Positions 7,639-15,442 of a stretch of DNA of 32,000 nt are shown piece after piece (position 1 is the first letter of the stretch; each line of letters starts with the position of its first letter). A program made the translations under genes and the position numbers. The notes under the pieces were generated by a model. That model saw only the letters and a list, made by a program, of their open reading frames with translations, was not told the DNA's origin and ran no database searches. Origin of the DNA: Limnohabitans sp. Jir72. GTDB lineage: Bacteria > Pseudomonadota > Gammaproteobacteria > Burkholderiales > Burkholderiaceae_C. The stretch spans positions 1-32,000 of the forward strand of contig NZ_NESC01000011.1 in the NCBI RefSeq assembly GCF_003063575.1. The letters are read 5' to 3'.

Positions 7639-7737
7639 GTGGTCTCGTGATGGTGGGGATGACAGGCATAGCTGTGATGTGCATTTCGGTGCTCCCTCTG
7701 ACTTGTGCCATATAGCTCCTCCTCTTATCGGAAAGCT

Positions 7738-8766
7738 ATGAAAAAAAATCTTCAACTCATCAGCGACAACTATCTCGATACCCGCATCATCAAGCGTGTA
7801 GCCATCAACGGCGTGGAATTCGATGAGGAATTTCTTGCCGGGCTGGTTGCCAAGCACATGAATCAACGCGGGCATCTCAAGCAGCCAACGCTGACCACTG
7901 CTTTTGAAATTTATCTTCATGAAAAATCCGCAGCAAACCGCAAGCGATTTCGAGACAACGCCACAAGAGACTTCAACTATTTTTTGAGTCTATTCGGCGA
8001 TTTGACACTGCAAGAGCTCAGACATTCGCATGCCACCAAGTATCGGGATGTGCAATTGGCACGGGGCCTAAACCCGACGACTGTTCGCAAGCACTTTGCA
8101 ACACTCAATTCCATGCTCAACCTGTCTTTCAAACATTTGGATATTGATCGTCTGAGCCCATTTCGAGGACTGCACATTCCCGGGGAGGGTGAAGTTAAAC
8201 GATACATGCGGACCATTACGCCGGAACTTTTGCAAGCCGTGAAGTCGCGTCTTTTGATCAATAGGACGCAATACAAACTACTGGCGTTGATTCAGCTGAA
8301 CACGGGATTTCGCTTGTCAGAACCCCTGTTTGCAAGGCGTGAGGATCTGGTGCTTGAACATGAAATACCGCACCTTTGGATTCGTAGGAACAGTCTTTCA
8401 GACAGGAAAACGAAGTCCAGTATCCGTGCTGTGCCGCTCGTTGGGGTGTCACTTCAGGCTGCTGTAGAGCTTCAGAAAATATCCGTTTTCTCAAGCAGTG
8501 AATGGCTTGTGCCGCGCTATGCAAGGGAAAACGGCAATACCAGTTGCTCTGCCATCATCAACAAGCACCTGCGTGATTTGGAGTTTCGTAGTCACATGTT
8601 CAGACATGCGCTGATTGACAGGCTGAAAGCTTGCAATGATGTGCCCACCCGTCTTGCGGAAAGCATTACCGGGCATTCAAGCGGCGGTTCTGACTTCAAC
8701 ACATATGGGACTGTGGGCTACACATTGCAACAGAAGCGCGATGTGCTGATGCGTGTGCTGGTTTGA
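7738..8766 (+). CDS. tyrosine-type site-specific integrase (~342 aa)
   Basis: Arg-I in NTGFRLSE, Lys in TKSSIRAVPL, HMFRH (H-x-x-R), and GHSSGG...NTYG (His and Tyr). An N-terminal core-binding-like region is present. The ATG at 7738 is preferred over the track GTG at 7705 (GGAAAG just upstream). The start is uncertain. Confidence 0.85.
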   Translation: MKKNLQLISDNYLDTRIIKRVAINGVEFDEEFLAGLVAKHMNQRGHLKQPTLTTAFEIYLHEKSAANRKRFRDNATRDFNYFLSLFGDLTLQELRHSHATKYRDVQLARGLNPTTVRKHFATLNSMLNLSFKHLDIDRLSPFRGLHIPGEGEVKRYMRTITPELLQAVKSRLLINRTQYKLLALIQLNTGFRLSEPLFARREDLVLEHEIPHLWIRRNSLSDRKTKSSIRAVPLVGVSLQAAVELQKISVFSSSEWLVPRYARENGNTSCSAIINKHLRDLEFRSHMFRHALIDRLKACNDVPTRLAESITGHSSGGSDFNTYGTVGYTLQQKRDVLMRVLV

Positions 8767-8842
8767 TGTCGGATTGGTGCTACGGATAGCTGTCAACTCT
8801 CAAAATGAGAGATTGACGGATCAGCAACATGGCGTCCCAGGA

Positions 8843-8861
8843 GCGTCAAGAAAATTGACGC
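8843..8861. terminator. Hairpin GCGTCAA-gaaaa-TTGACGC between convergent genes
   Basis: 7-bp arms read directly from the sequence. It lies between the integrase stop (8766) and the 84-aa ORF stop (8872). A second hairpin sits at 8792-8817. Confidence 0.35.
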
Positions 8862-8871
8862 CTCTACGTAG

Positions 8872-9126
8872 TCAGTGCAGCGAACTTGTCGGAGGGCTGT
8901 CGATGAAATCCACAATGCCCATTGCATTGATTTCGCTTATGGCAAATTCAAGAGCTTGCTGATCGCTTTGAAATTCGCCATCCCAAACTGTTGAATTGCG
9001 CTTGTCATCAACGACCTCAAGCGTCCAGCCCGTGTTGGGCATCCGATAGATGCAAATTTCAACCCACCGATCTTGGTCTCGGTAGATTTGTTGCAAGGGG
9101 GAGTGGATAAGGTCGTGTTCGTCCAT
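8872..9126 (-). CDS. hypothetical protein (84 aa)
   Basis: ATG ORF 15 nt downstream of the glycine-zipper gene on the same strand. Acidic, with no motif recognised. Confidence 0.45.
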   Translation of the reverse strand: MDEHDLIHSPLQQIYRDQDRWVEICIYRMPNTGWTLEVVDDKRNSTVWDGEFQSDQQALEFAISEINAMGIVDFIDSPPTSSLH

Positions 9127-9140
9127 AGCCGAAATTTACA

Positions 9141-9608
9141 TCAATATGGAGCGGGTGTGACATTCAACTTGATGGTCGGGCCAGGATCGCGTGGCAGCTG
9201 CACGTTGTATTGCTTGCCATTGAATTCGTAAGTGACGTTGTAGCCCATCACGCGATTTTCAAAGACATTTTGAGTCATGCAGTTCTGCACTGTTTGTGTC
9301 TGGGTTGTTGGCGCGCCTTCAATGTTGTTGCCCAAAATGGCACCACCGAAGATGCCAAGTGCAGTAGCTGCAGCCTTGCCACTGCCACCGCCGATTTGAT
9401 TGCCAAGCACACCACCTGCAATCGCGCCCATTGCAGCACCAGCACCGCTCTTGTTCTGTTGCACAGCCACCTGTTCTTGTGTGCAAACTTGGCGTGGCAC
9501 AGAAACTTGCTGAATGACCTGAACTGAGGAAATTACTCGACCAACTTCTTGAGCCGAAGTGATTGTGCCGAGGCTAATGAGTGCCAACGCTGCTATGGAT
9601 TTTTTCAT
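9141..9608 (-). CDS. secreted glycine-zipper (2TM / 17-kDa-antigen-like) protein, 155 aa
   Basis: I place the start at the ATG at 9608, giving signal peptide MKKSIAALALISLGTITSA|QE. Gly-zipper GAGAAMGAIAGGVLGNQIGGGSGKAAATALGIFGGAILG. The track's longer N-terminal extension (to 9815) is Arg-rich and crosses the palindrome. Confidence 0.75.
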   Translation of the reverse strand: MKKSIAALALISLGTITSAQEVGRVISSVQVIQQVSVPRQVCTQEQVAVQQNKSGAGAAMGAIAGGVLGNQIGGGSGKAAATALGIFGGAILGNNIEGAPTTQTQTVQNCMTQNVFENRVMGYNVTYEFNGKQYNVQLPRDPGPTIKLNVTPAPY

Positions 9609-9678
9609 TTTTCTGATTTCGGACCGTAAATGCAAATGATACAACTGGCCTTTGTGCCGGCTTAGGGGGCGTGACAGC

Positions 9679-9695
9679 TGTCGTTTAAAACGACA
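9679..9695. repeat. Island palindrome copy 3: TGTCGTTT-A-AAACGACA (perfect; inverted relative to copy 1)
   Basis: Read directly from the sequence. It lies 71 bp upstream of the glycine-zipper gene start and 20 bp beyond the stop of the core Trp-rich gene, at the GC step. Reverse-complement flank: GTTTGGCAGCGAAGG. Confidence 0.8.
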
Positions 9696-9714
9696 CCTTC
9701 GCTGCCAAACCCCA

Positions 9715-9936
9715 TCAAACCCAACCCTGCCGCCACACGCTGTCATGTTGCAGCTCTCGCCACGCAATGGTCTGCGTGGCCTTTGAAAAGACCGCCTCGA
9801 TTTCCACCGATTCAATCGGATCGGAGGGCTGGTCAGGTTGGATCACCCGGCTGACCAAAAAGTGTTTTTGCTTGGCCACAGGCGTGACAGCCGTCCATTT
9901 GCTCAGCAGCAGTTTCTTGGGGTTCAGTGAGTTCAT
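9715..9936 (-). CDS. TIGR02450-like tryptophan-rich small protein (73 aa)
   Basis: The N-terminal KKLLLSKWTAV motif and C-terminal W..L.HD..W..GW pattern are recalled for this family. High GC. It starts 10 nt after mltB. Confidence 0.65.
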   Translation of the reverse strand: MNSLNPKKLLLSKWTAVTPVAKQKHFLVSRVIQPDQPSDPIESVEIEAVFSKATQTIAWRELQHDSVWRQGWV

Positions 9937-9945
9937 GGCGGTCCT

Positions 9946-11112
9946 TCACCGACTGTTTTGCATTTCCCGCGTCACTGCTTCGGCCAACTCAATCACCGCC
10001 ATCGCGTAGTAGCTGCTCCAGTTGTAGCGAGTGATGGCATAGAAGTTTTCTGTCCCCGCCACATAGCTGGGGGCGTTGGGGCCGTTGCGCAGCTCGATCA
10101 GAGCCAATGGGCCTGGGTGCGCCAAGGCGGCGCCATTCAGGCCTGCACCTTTTGCGGTGAAGCTGGCCACGCTGAAGGTAGGCAGGATGTCGGGTGCCAG
10201 CAAGCTGTCCATGTCGGTTTGGGCGCTCAGGCTCACCGGGTAGTGCGTGGGCATGCCGGTTTGCCACAGGAAGGCCTTGAAGTAATTGGCCACCGAGCCG
10301 ATCGCATCGGCGGGGCTGCCAAACAGGTCGACGCGGCCATCGCCGTCAAAGTCCACCGCGTATTGGGCCCAGCTGGACGGCATGAACTGCGGCAAGCCCA
10401 TGGCACCGGCATAGCTGCCGCGTACCGACAAAGGGTCTGCGCCGCTGCGCGAACTCAACAGCAAAAATTGCTCCAGTTCTGACCTGAAAAACGCTTGACG
10501 TTCGGTGGCCCGGGGATGGGCCTGCGGAAAATGAAAGGCCAGCGTGCCCAGTGCATCCACCAAGCGGAAGTTGCCGGTGTTTTGGCCGTAAAGGGTTTCG
10601 ACGCCAATGATGGCAACGATGATCTCGGCGGGCACACCGAATTCTTTTTCGGCACGCGCCAGTGTGGCTTGGTGCTTGCGCCAAAAGCGGGCACCAGCCT
10701 GAATGCGGGTGGGCTCAATGAAGCGGGCACGGTAGGTGGCCCAGTCCTTGGCCACGGGGGAGGGCGGGGGCAAGACCAGCTTTTCCACCAACGGCAGGCG
10801 CTGTGCTTGCGCCATGACTTTTTGTAGCCAGATGGGATCGAGTTGCAAGCGGGGTGCGGCTTCTTGGGCCCAGGCCATCACATGGATGTCATCGCTCAGC
10901 GCAGAGCCTGTGTGCTGAGGGCTGGGTTTGGTCTTGTGCGTATGCGCTGGTTTGGCGTGAGCGCTGCTGGCATGGGCGCTGCTGGCATGGGCGCTGTGGT
11001 GCGTCTTCTTGGCCAACACCGCAGAAGGGGCCAAAAATAAAGTGCTGCAAAGGCAGCCCATGAGGAGCAGGTGTTTCAGGCCAAGATGGCGCGATGGCGT
11101 TTCAAAATGCAT
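9946..11112 (-). CDS. mltB: lytic murein transglycosylase B family protein
   Basis: Signal peptide, then GVETLYG and AMGLPQFMPSSW...DGDG motifs typical of MltB/Slt35. His/Ala/Ser-rich linker after the signal peptide. Confidence 0.9.
   Translation of the reverse strand: MHFETPSRHLGLKHLLLMGCLCSTLFLAPSAVLAKKTHHSAHASSAHASSAHAKPAHTHKTKPSPQHTGSALSDDIHVMAWAQEAAPRLQLDPIWLQKVMAQAQRLPLVEKLVLPPPSPVAKDWATYRARFIEPTRIQAGARFWRKHQATLARAEKEFGVPAEIIVAIIGVETLYGQNTGNFRLVDALGTLAFHFPQAHPRATERQAFFRSELEQFLLLSSRSGADPLSVRGSYAGAMGLPQFMPSSWAQYAVDFDGDGRVDLFGSPADAIGSVANYFKAFLWQTGMPTHYPVSLSAQTDMDSLLAPDILPTFSVASFTAKGAGLNGAALAHPGPLALIELRNGPNAPSYVAGTENFYAITRYNWSSYYAMAVIELAEAVTREMQNSR
10961..11001. repeat. 15-bp tandem repeat (GCGCTGCTGGCATGG x2 plus a partial unit) encoding the SAHAS repeats in MltB
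   Basis: Units at 10961-10975, 10976-10990 and a partial one at 10991-11001. The peptide is HASSAHASSAHAKPAH. Confidence 0.7.
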
Positions 11113-11252
11113 GCAGACAGTTTAATGTCCGCAAAGCCTGATTGGGCTCAGACTTGTGCAACATGGCGCGTGATAAGCTGGGCCATCAATTCGAAAAAAT
11201 CAAGAAAAGCGACAGCCCCGTTGGGCCGAGCTTTGGCAGAAAGACAAGCCGT

Positions 11253-12206
11253 ATGGGCGCTACAGGTTATTTCACTCACCCCCAATGCATGAAGCACGAG
11301 ATGGGCCGTGGCCATCCCGAATGCCCCGAGCGGCTCAGTGCCATTGAAGACCGCTTGTTGATCACCGGTCTGGACATGGCTTTGCAGCGCCGCGAGGCGG
11401 GCCCGGCAGCGCTGGCCGACATCGAGCTGGCCCATGGCCGCATGCATGTGGCCGCTTTACGCGGTTTGAGCGACAACTTGCGCGACGATGTGGCTGCCGG
11501 TGGCCCCAGCCACACCGCGCTGGATTCGGACACCTCGATCAATGTGCACACCTGGGATGCCGCCCTGCTTTCAGCGGGGGCGGCGATAGAGGCCACGGAC
11601 GCCGTCATGGCGGGCGAACTGGAAAACGCCTTCTGCGCCACCCGCCCGCCGGGCCACCACGCTTGCCGCGACAAGGCCATGGGCTTTTGCTTTTTCAACA
11701 ACGTGGCCATTGCGGCCAAGCACGCGGTGGAGCGCCATGGCCTGAAACGGGTGGCGATTGTTGACTTTGATGTGCACCACGGCAATGGCACCGAAGACAT
11801 CGTGGCCGGGGACGAGCGGATCTTGATGGTCAGCTTTTTCCAGCACCCGTTTTACCCAGAAGGGGGCTCGCAATCGACCGCTGCCAATCTGCTGAACTTG
11901 CCGGTGCCCGCCTACACACGCGGCATGGACATTCGCGAGTTGATCGACATGATGTGGATGCCCCGGCTGGAGGCGCACCAGCCAGAGCTGATTTTCATCA
12001 GCGCGGGTTTTGATGCCCACCGCGAAGACGACATGGGGCAGATGGGTCTGGTCGAGCAAGACTACGCTTGGATCACCCAGCGCATCAAGGACGTGGCCTT
12101 GCGCCATGCCAAAGGTCGGATTGTGAGTTGCCTGGAAGGTGGCTACAGCCTGAGCGCTTTGGCCCGCAGCGTTGAGGCGCATTTGCGCGTGTTGGCCGAC
12201 GTTTGA
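11253..12206 (+). CDS. histone deacetylase-family (acetylpolyamine/acetoin-utilisation-type) deacetylase
   Basis: RPPGHHA, DFDVHHGNGT and EGGY motifs. The start is moved to the ATG at 11253 (MGATGYFTHPQC...), matching the usual family N-terminus. Confidence 0.85.
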   Translation: MGATGYFTHPQCMKHEMGRGHPECPERLSAIEDRLLITGLDMALQRREAGPAALADIELAHGRMHVAALRGLSDNLRDDVAAGGPSHTALDSDTSINVHTWDAALLSAGAAIEATDAVMAGELENAFCATRPPGHHACRDKAMGFCFFNNVAIAAKHAVERHGLKRVAIVDFDVHHGNGTEDIVAGDERILMVSFFQHPFYPEGGSQSTAANLLNLPVPAYTRGMDIRELIDMMWMPRLEAHQPELIFISAGFDAHREDDMGQMGLVEQDYAWITQRIKDVALRHAKGRIVSCLEGGYSLSALARSVEAHLRVLADV

Positions 12207-12258
12207 TCGCCAAGGCGAAGGTGGCGCAGGGTCGCCTACTTTGTGCACAATCGAGAGC

Positions 12259-13053
12259 ATGAACGCTCCACCTGCAAACACCGACATCCTGTTGCACGAA
12301 CGCGATGCACGCGGCGTGCACCGGCTCACGCTCAACCACCCCGCCAGTTTCAACACCTTGGGCGAGGCCATGTTGCAGGCTTTGCAAAGCGCATTTGACG
12401 CCATTGCCCAGGACGCCGATGCGCGTGTGGTGGTCTTGGGTGCGGCAGGCAAGGCTTTTTGCGCAGGCCACAACCTCAAGGAAATGCGCGCACAGCCCGA
12501 GCTGGCTTACTACCAGAAGCTGTTTGCCCAATGCACGCGCATGATGCTGTCGATCCAGAACTTGCCGGTGCCTGTGATCGCGCGGGTGCAGGGCATCGCC
12601 ACAGCAGCGGGTTGCCAATTGGTGGCCCAGTGCGATCTGGCAGTGGCCGCCCAGGGCGTGCAGTTCGGCGTCAATGGCATCGATGTGGGCTTGTTTTGCG
12701 CCACCCCCAGTGTGCCGCTGGTGCGCAATATGCACGCCAAACAGGCGATGGAAATGCTGCTCACCGGTGGCTTCATCTCCGCCGATGAAGCCTGCCAGCG
12801 CGGGCTGATCAACCGCGTGACGCCTGCGCATGAACTGGATGCCGGTGTAGACGATTTGGTGAACGCGATTTTGGCCAAACCCCGCGAGGCGGTGCGCATG
12901 GGCAAACAGTTGTTTTACAAACAGCGCGAAATGGGCGTGGAAGCGGCTTACCAACTGGCCGGTCAAACCATGGCCTGCAACATGGTGCACGAGGTGGCGC
13001 AAGAAGGTGTGCAGGCTTTCATCGACAAGAGGAATCCCGCGTGGCGAACATGA
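12259..13053 (+). CDS. enoyl-CoA hydratase/isomerase (crotonase) family protein
   Basis: Crotonase-fold pattern (AFCAGHNLKE; ATAAGCQLVAQCDLAVA). Start at the ATG at 12259 (MNAPPAN...) with GAGAG upstream. Confidence 0.85.
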   Translation: MNAPPANTDILLHERDARGVHRLTLNHPASFNTLGEAMLQALQSAFDAIAQDADARVVVLGAAGKAFCAGHNLKEMRAQPELAYYQKLFAQCTRMMLSIQNLPVPVIARVQGIATAAGCQLVAQCDLAVAAQGVQFGVNGIDVGLFCATPSVPLVRNMHAKQAMEMLLTGGFISADEACQRGLINRVTPAHELDAGVDDLVNAILAKPREAVRMGKQLFYKQREMGVEAAYQLAGQTMACNMVHEVAQEGVQAFIDKRNPAWRT

Positions 13054-14318
13054 AAACCGTGCAGATGAGCGACCCGATGGCTTGGGTGGATGCGTTGCTC
13101 AGACCAGAGTCGCTCCCGGTCATCGCCGCTTTTGCGCTGAGTGTTTTGTTGGCTTGGCTCATGGTGTGGGGTCTGCGCTGTTTATTGCGTGGCCATGAGC
13201 TCAAGGTCCTGCTGGGCCGCCAACTGGTGGACGGGGTCTTGTTCCCGGTCTTTTTGCTGGGCTTGACCTTTGTCGCTCGCACGGTGTTGACACAAGATCA
13301 CTCGCTGGCCTTGTTTGACATCTTGTTGCCGGTGTGCACTTCTTTGGCAGCCATCCGCTTGGGGGTCAAGGTGCTGCAAGCGGCCTTTGCAGGGGCGGCC
13401 TTTGTGCGGGCCTTGGAACGCACGATTTCCTGGCTGGCTTGGGGTGCGGTGGTTTTGTGGGTGACCGGCATCTTGCCCCTGGTGCTCAATGAACTCGATC
13501 AGATCCAATGGAAAATCGGCGGCGCAGTGATGTCGGTGCGCACCATGATGGAAGGGGCTTTGACGGCGGGCGCGGTGCTGATCGTGGTGTTGTGGATTTC
13601 TGCCGCCATTGAAGCGCGTTTGCTCCAATCGGCCACGGGCAGCGATTTGTCCTTGCGCAAAGTCATCAGCAACACTGTGCGCGCCTTGCTGATGTTTGTG
13701 GGCTTGCTCATGGCTTTGTCTGCAGTGGGCATCGACCTGACGGCCTTGTCGGTGCTGGGCGGTGCTGTGGGTGTGGGCATTGGCTTTGGCCTGCAAAAGC
13801 TGGCGGCCAACTATGTCAGCGGGTTTGTGATCCTGGCCGAGCGCAGTGTGCGCATAGGCGATACGGTCAAGGTCGATGGCTTTGAAGGCCGGATCACCGA
13901 CATCAAGGCCCGCTACACCGTGATCCGTGCACCGAATGGTCGCGAATCCATCGTGCCCAATGAGTTGATGATCACGCAGCGGGTCGAGAATTTGAGTTTG
14001 TCGGATGCCCGGATCGCGCAGACCACCGTCGTGGTGGTGGCCTATGACACATCGGTGGATTTGGTCATCGAATTGTTGATGCAGGCCTGTATTTCACACG
14101 AACGGGTGTTGACCGAGCCCGCCCCCTTGGTGGCTTTGTCGGCTTTTGGCGCCGATGGGCTGGAATTCACGGTGACCTATTGGCTGGACGATGTCGCCAA
14201 TGGCCAGTTGAATTTGAAATCCGACATCAACCGTGCGATTTTCAAGGCCTTGAAAGACCACCACGTTGAAATCCCGTTTCCCCAGCGGGTGGTTCATCTT
14301 CGTGGACAGGCAGTTTGA
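13041..14318 (+). CDS. mechanosensitive ion channel (MscS family)
   Basis: Multiple N-terminal TM helices, then the MscS core LAANYVSGFVILAERSVRIGDTVKVDGFEGRITDI. GTG at 13041 has AGAGGA 8 nt upstream. An alternative ATG at 13050 overlaps the upstream stop (ATGA). Confidence 0.85.
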   Translation: MANMKTVQMSDPMAWVDALLRPESLPVIAAFALSVLLAWLMVWGLRCLLRGHELKVLLGRQLVDGVLFPVFLLGLTFVARTVLTQDHSLALFDILLPVCTSLAAIRLGVKVLQAAFAGAAFVRALERTISWLAWGAVVLWVTGILPLVLNELDQIQWKIGGAVMSVRTMMEGALTAGAVLIVVLWISAAIEARLLQSATGSDLSLRKVISNTVRALLMFVGLLMALSAVGIDLTALSVLGGAVGVGIGFGLQKLAANYVSGFVILAERSVRIGDTVKVDGFEGRITDIKARYTVIRAPNGRESIVPNELMITQRVENLSLSDARIAQTTVVVVAYDTSVDLVIELLMQACISHERVLTEPAPLVALSAFGADGLEFTVTYWLDDVANGQLNLKSDINRAIFKALKDHHVEIPFPQRVVHLRGQAV

Positions 14319-14425
14319 GCGCTTTTTGCAATGGAAATGTATTCAATTCAAGGCTCTGGCGTGCGCGCAGCCCATGGGCGGTGGTTTAGGATCAGCGCTG
14401 GCGGTTCAATGCATGTTTAAAATAC

Positions 14426-14437
14426 GAACGACCGTTC
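14426..14437. promoter_or_regulatory. Inverted repeat GAACG-ac-CGTTC upstream of the etf operon
   Basis: Read directly from the sequence, ~120 bp upstream of etfB. A T-run follows, so it could instead be a weak MscS terminator. Confidence 0.25.
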
Positions 14438-14483
14438 TTTTTTGAGCCTTGGCAGTTGGCCTTTCAGCGGTTCTGGTGCACAA

Positions 14484-14504
14484 TTGACGTTTACGTAACG
14501 TCAA
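14484..14504. promoter_or_regulatory. Candidate operator TTGACGTT-tacgt-AACGTCAA upstream of etfB
   Basis: 8-bp perfect inverted arms, 52-72 bp upstream of ATG 14556. An extra TTGACG half-site lies at 14508-14513. Confidence 0.4.
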
Positions 14505-14555
14505 CTGTTGACGCGCAGCCCCGGCTCAGATATTTCAATCAATGGAGATGCTTTC

Positions 14556-15311
14556 ATGAAAATTCTTGTTCCCGTGAAACGGGTGGTGGACTACAACGTC
14601 AAAGTGCGCGTCAAGTCCGACAACAGCGGCGTGGACATTGCCAACGTCAAGATGAGCATGAACCCCTTTGACGAGATCGCCGTCGAAGAAGCCGTGCGCC
14701 TGAAAGAAAAAGGCCTGGCCACCGAAGTGATCGCGGTGTCTTGCGGCGTGGCCCAATGCCAGGAAACCCTGCGCACGGCCATGGCCATCGGCGCGGACCG
14801 TGGCATTTTGGTCGAGACCCCCGCTGACCTGGACTTGCAGCCCTTGGCCGTGGCCAAGTTGCTCAAGGCCCTGGTCGACAAAGAACAACCCGGCCTGATC
14901 ATCTTGGGCAAGCAAGCCATTGACGACGACTGCAACCAAACCGGCCAGATGCTGGCCGCTTTGGCCGACTTGCCCCAAGCTACTTTTGCCTCCAAGGTCG
15001 AGATCGTGGACGGCAAAGCCCAGGTGACCCGCGAGATCGACGGCGGTCTGGAAGTGCTGTCCATCAGCCTGCCCGCCGTGGTGACCACCGACCTGCGCTT
15101 GAATGAGCCGCGTTATGTGACGCTGCCCAACATCATGAAGGCCAAGAAAAAGCAGCTCGACATTTTCAAGCCTGAAGACCTGGGCGTCGATGTGGCCCCC
15201 CGCATCAAAACCCTGAAGGTCACCGAACCTGCCAAGCGCAGCGCCGGTATCAAGGTGCCCGATGTCGCCACCCTGGTGGACAAACTCAAAAACGTCGCCA
15301 AAGTCATCTGA
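14556..15311 (+). CDS. etfB: electron transfer flavoprotein subunit beta
   Basis: Canonical N-terminus [20 protein letters not shown] with GGAGA 8 nt upstream. The track ORF starts earlier, at 14508. Confidence 0.92.
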   Translation: MKILVPVKRVVDYNVKVRVKSDNSGVDIANVKMSMNPFDEIAVEEAVRLKEKGLATEVIAVSCGVAQCQETLRTAMAIGADRGILVETPADLDLQPLAVAKLLKALVDKEQPGLIILGKQAIDDDCNQTGQMLAALADLPQATFASKVEIVDGKAQVTREIDGGLEVLSISLPAVVTTDLRLNEPRYVTLPNIMKAKKKQLDIFKPEDLGVDVAPRIKTLKVTEPAKRSAGIKVPDVATLVDKLKNVAKVI

Positions 15312-15321
15312 ACAATTTCCC

Positions 15322-15422
15322 TGTAGGAGCCCACCCCGTGGGCGATGGTGTGTTGAGCGATGAAGCTTGACTCAGGGGCATACGCCCGAACCCCCCATCG
15401 CCCACAGGGGTGGGCTCCTACA
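15322..15422. repeat. Inverted pair of REP-like elements in the etfB-etfA spacer
   Basis: TGTAGGAGCCCACCCCGTGGGCGATGG (15322-15348) and its reverse-complement-like partner CCATCGCCCACAGGGGTGGGCTCCTACA (15395-15422). Confidence 0.85.
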
Positions 15423-15442
15423 CAAAAAACAAAGGACAAACC

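Larger units (their letters stand above)
1..9712. mobile_element. Right-hand part of a low-GC integrative genomic island (left end outside window)
   Basis: Lower GC and weaker GC3 bias than the sequence to the right. Two tyrosine recombinase genes and many orphan ORFs. The composition step at ~9700-9712 falls directly after the stop (9715) of a high-GC core gene. No tRNA at the junction. Confidence 0.7.

Noticed and set aside
7570-7920. 116-aa minus-strand ORF overlapping the integrase 5' end
   Set aside because: It overlaps the start and N-terminal region of a motif-supported integrase and spans the terminator-like hairpin. It has no supporting features.
908-9710. Interpreting palindrome copies 1 and 3 plus their flanks as terminal inverted repeats of a discrete 8.8-kb transposon
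   Set aside because: The left copy lies inside the 3' end of the AAA+ coding sequence, and low-GC island sequence continues for more than 900 bp to its left with co-oriented operon genes. The flank similarity is limited to two short blocks (GTTT, GGCAGC). I kept it as an observation inside the palindrome finding, not as a feature call.
9600-9720. Looked for a tRNA/tmRNA gene or its 3' fragment at the island junction as an integration target
   Set aside because: No T-arm- or acceptor-like sequence was recognisable by eye anywhere in the window. The junction lies in the 3' flank of a protein-coding gene. A tRNAscan/ARAGORN run would be the decisive check.
9609-9815. N-terminal 69-aa extension of the glycine-zipper ORF (track start 9815), which would overlap the Trp-rich gene
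   Set aside because: The extension is Arg-rich and unlike the rest of the protein. It crosses the palindrome and the GC step. The internal Met at 9608 gives a textbook signal peptide.
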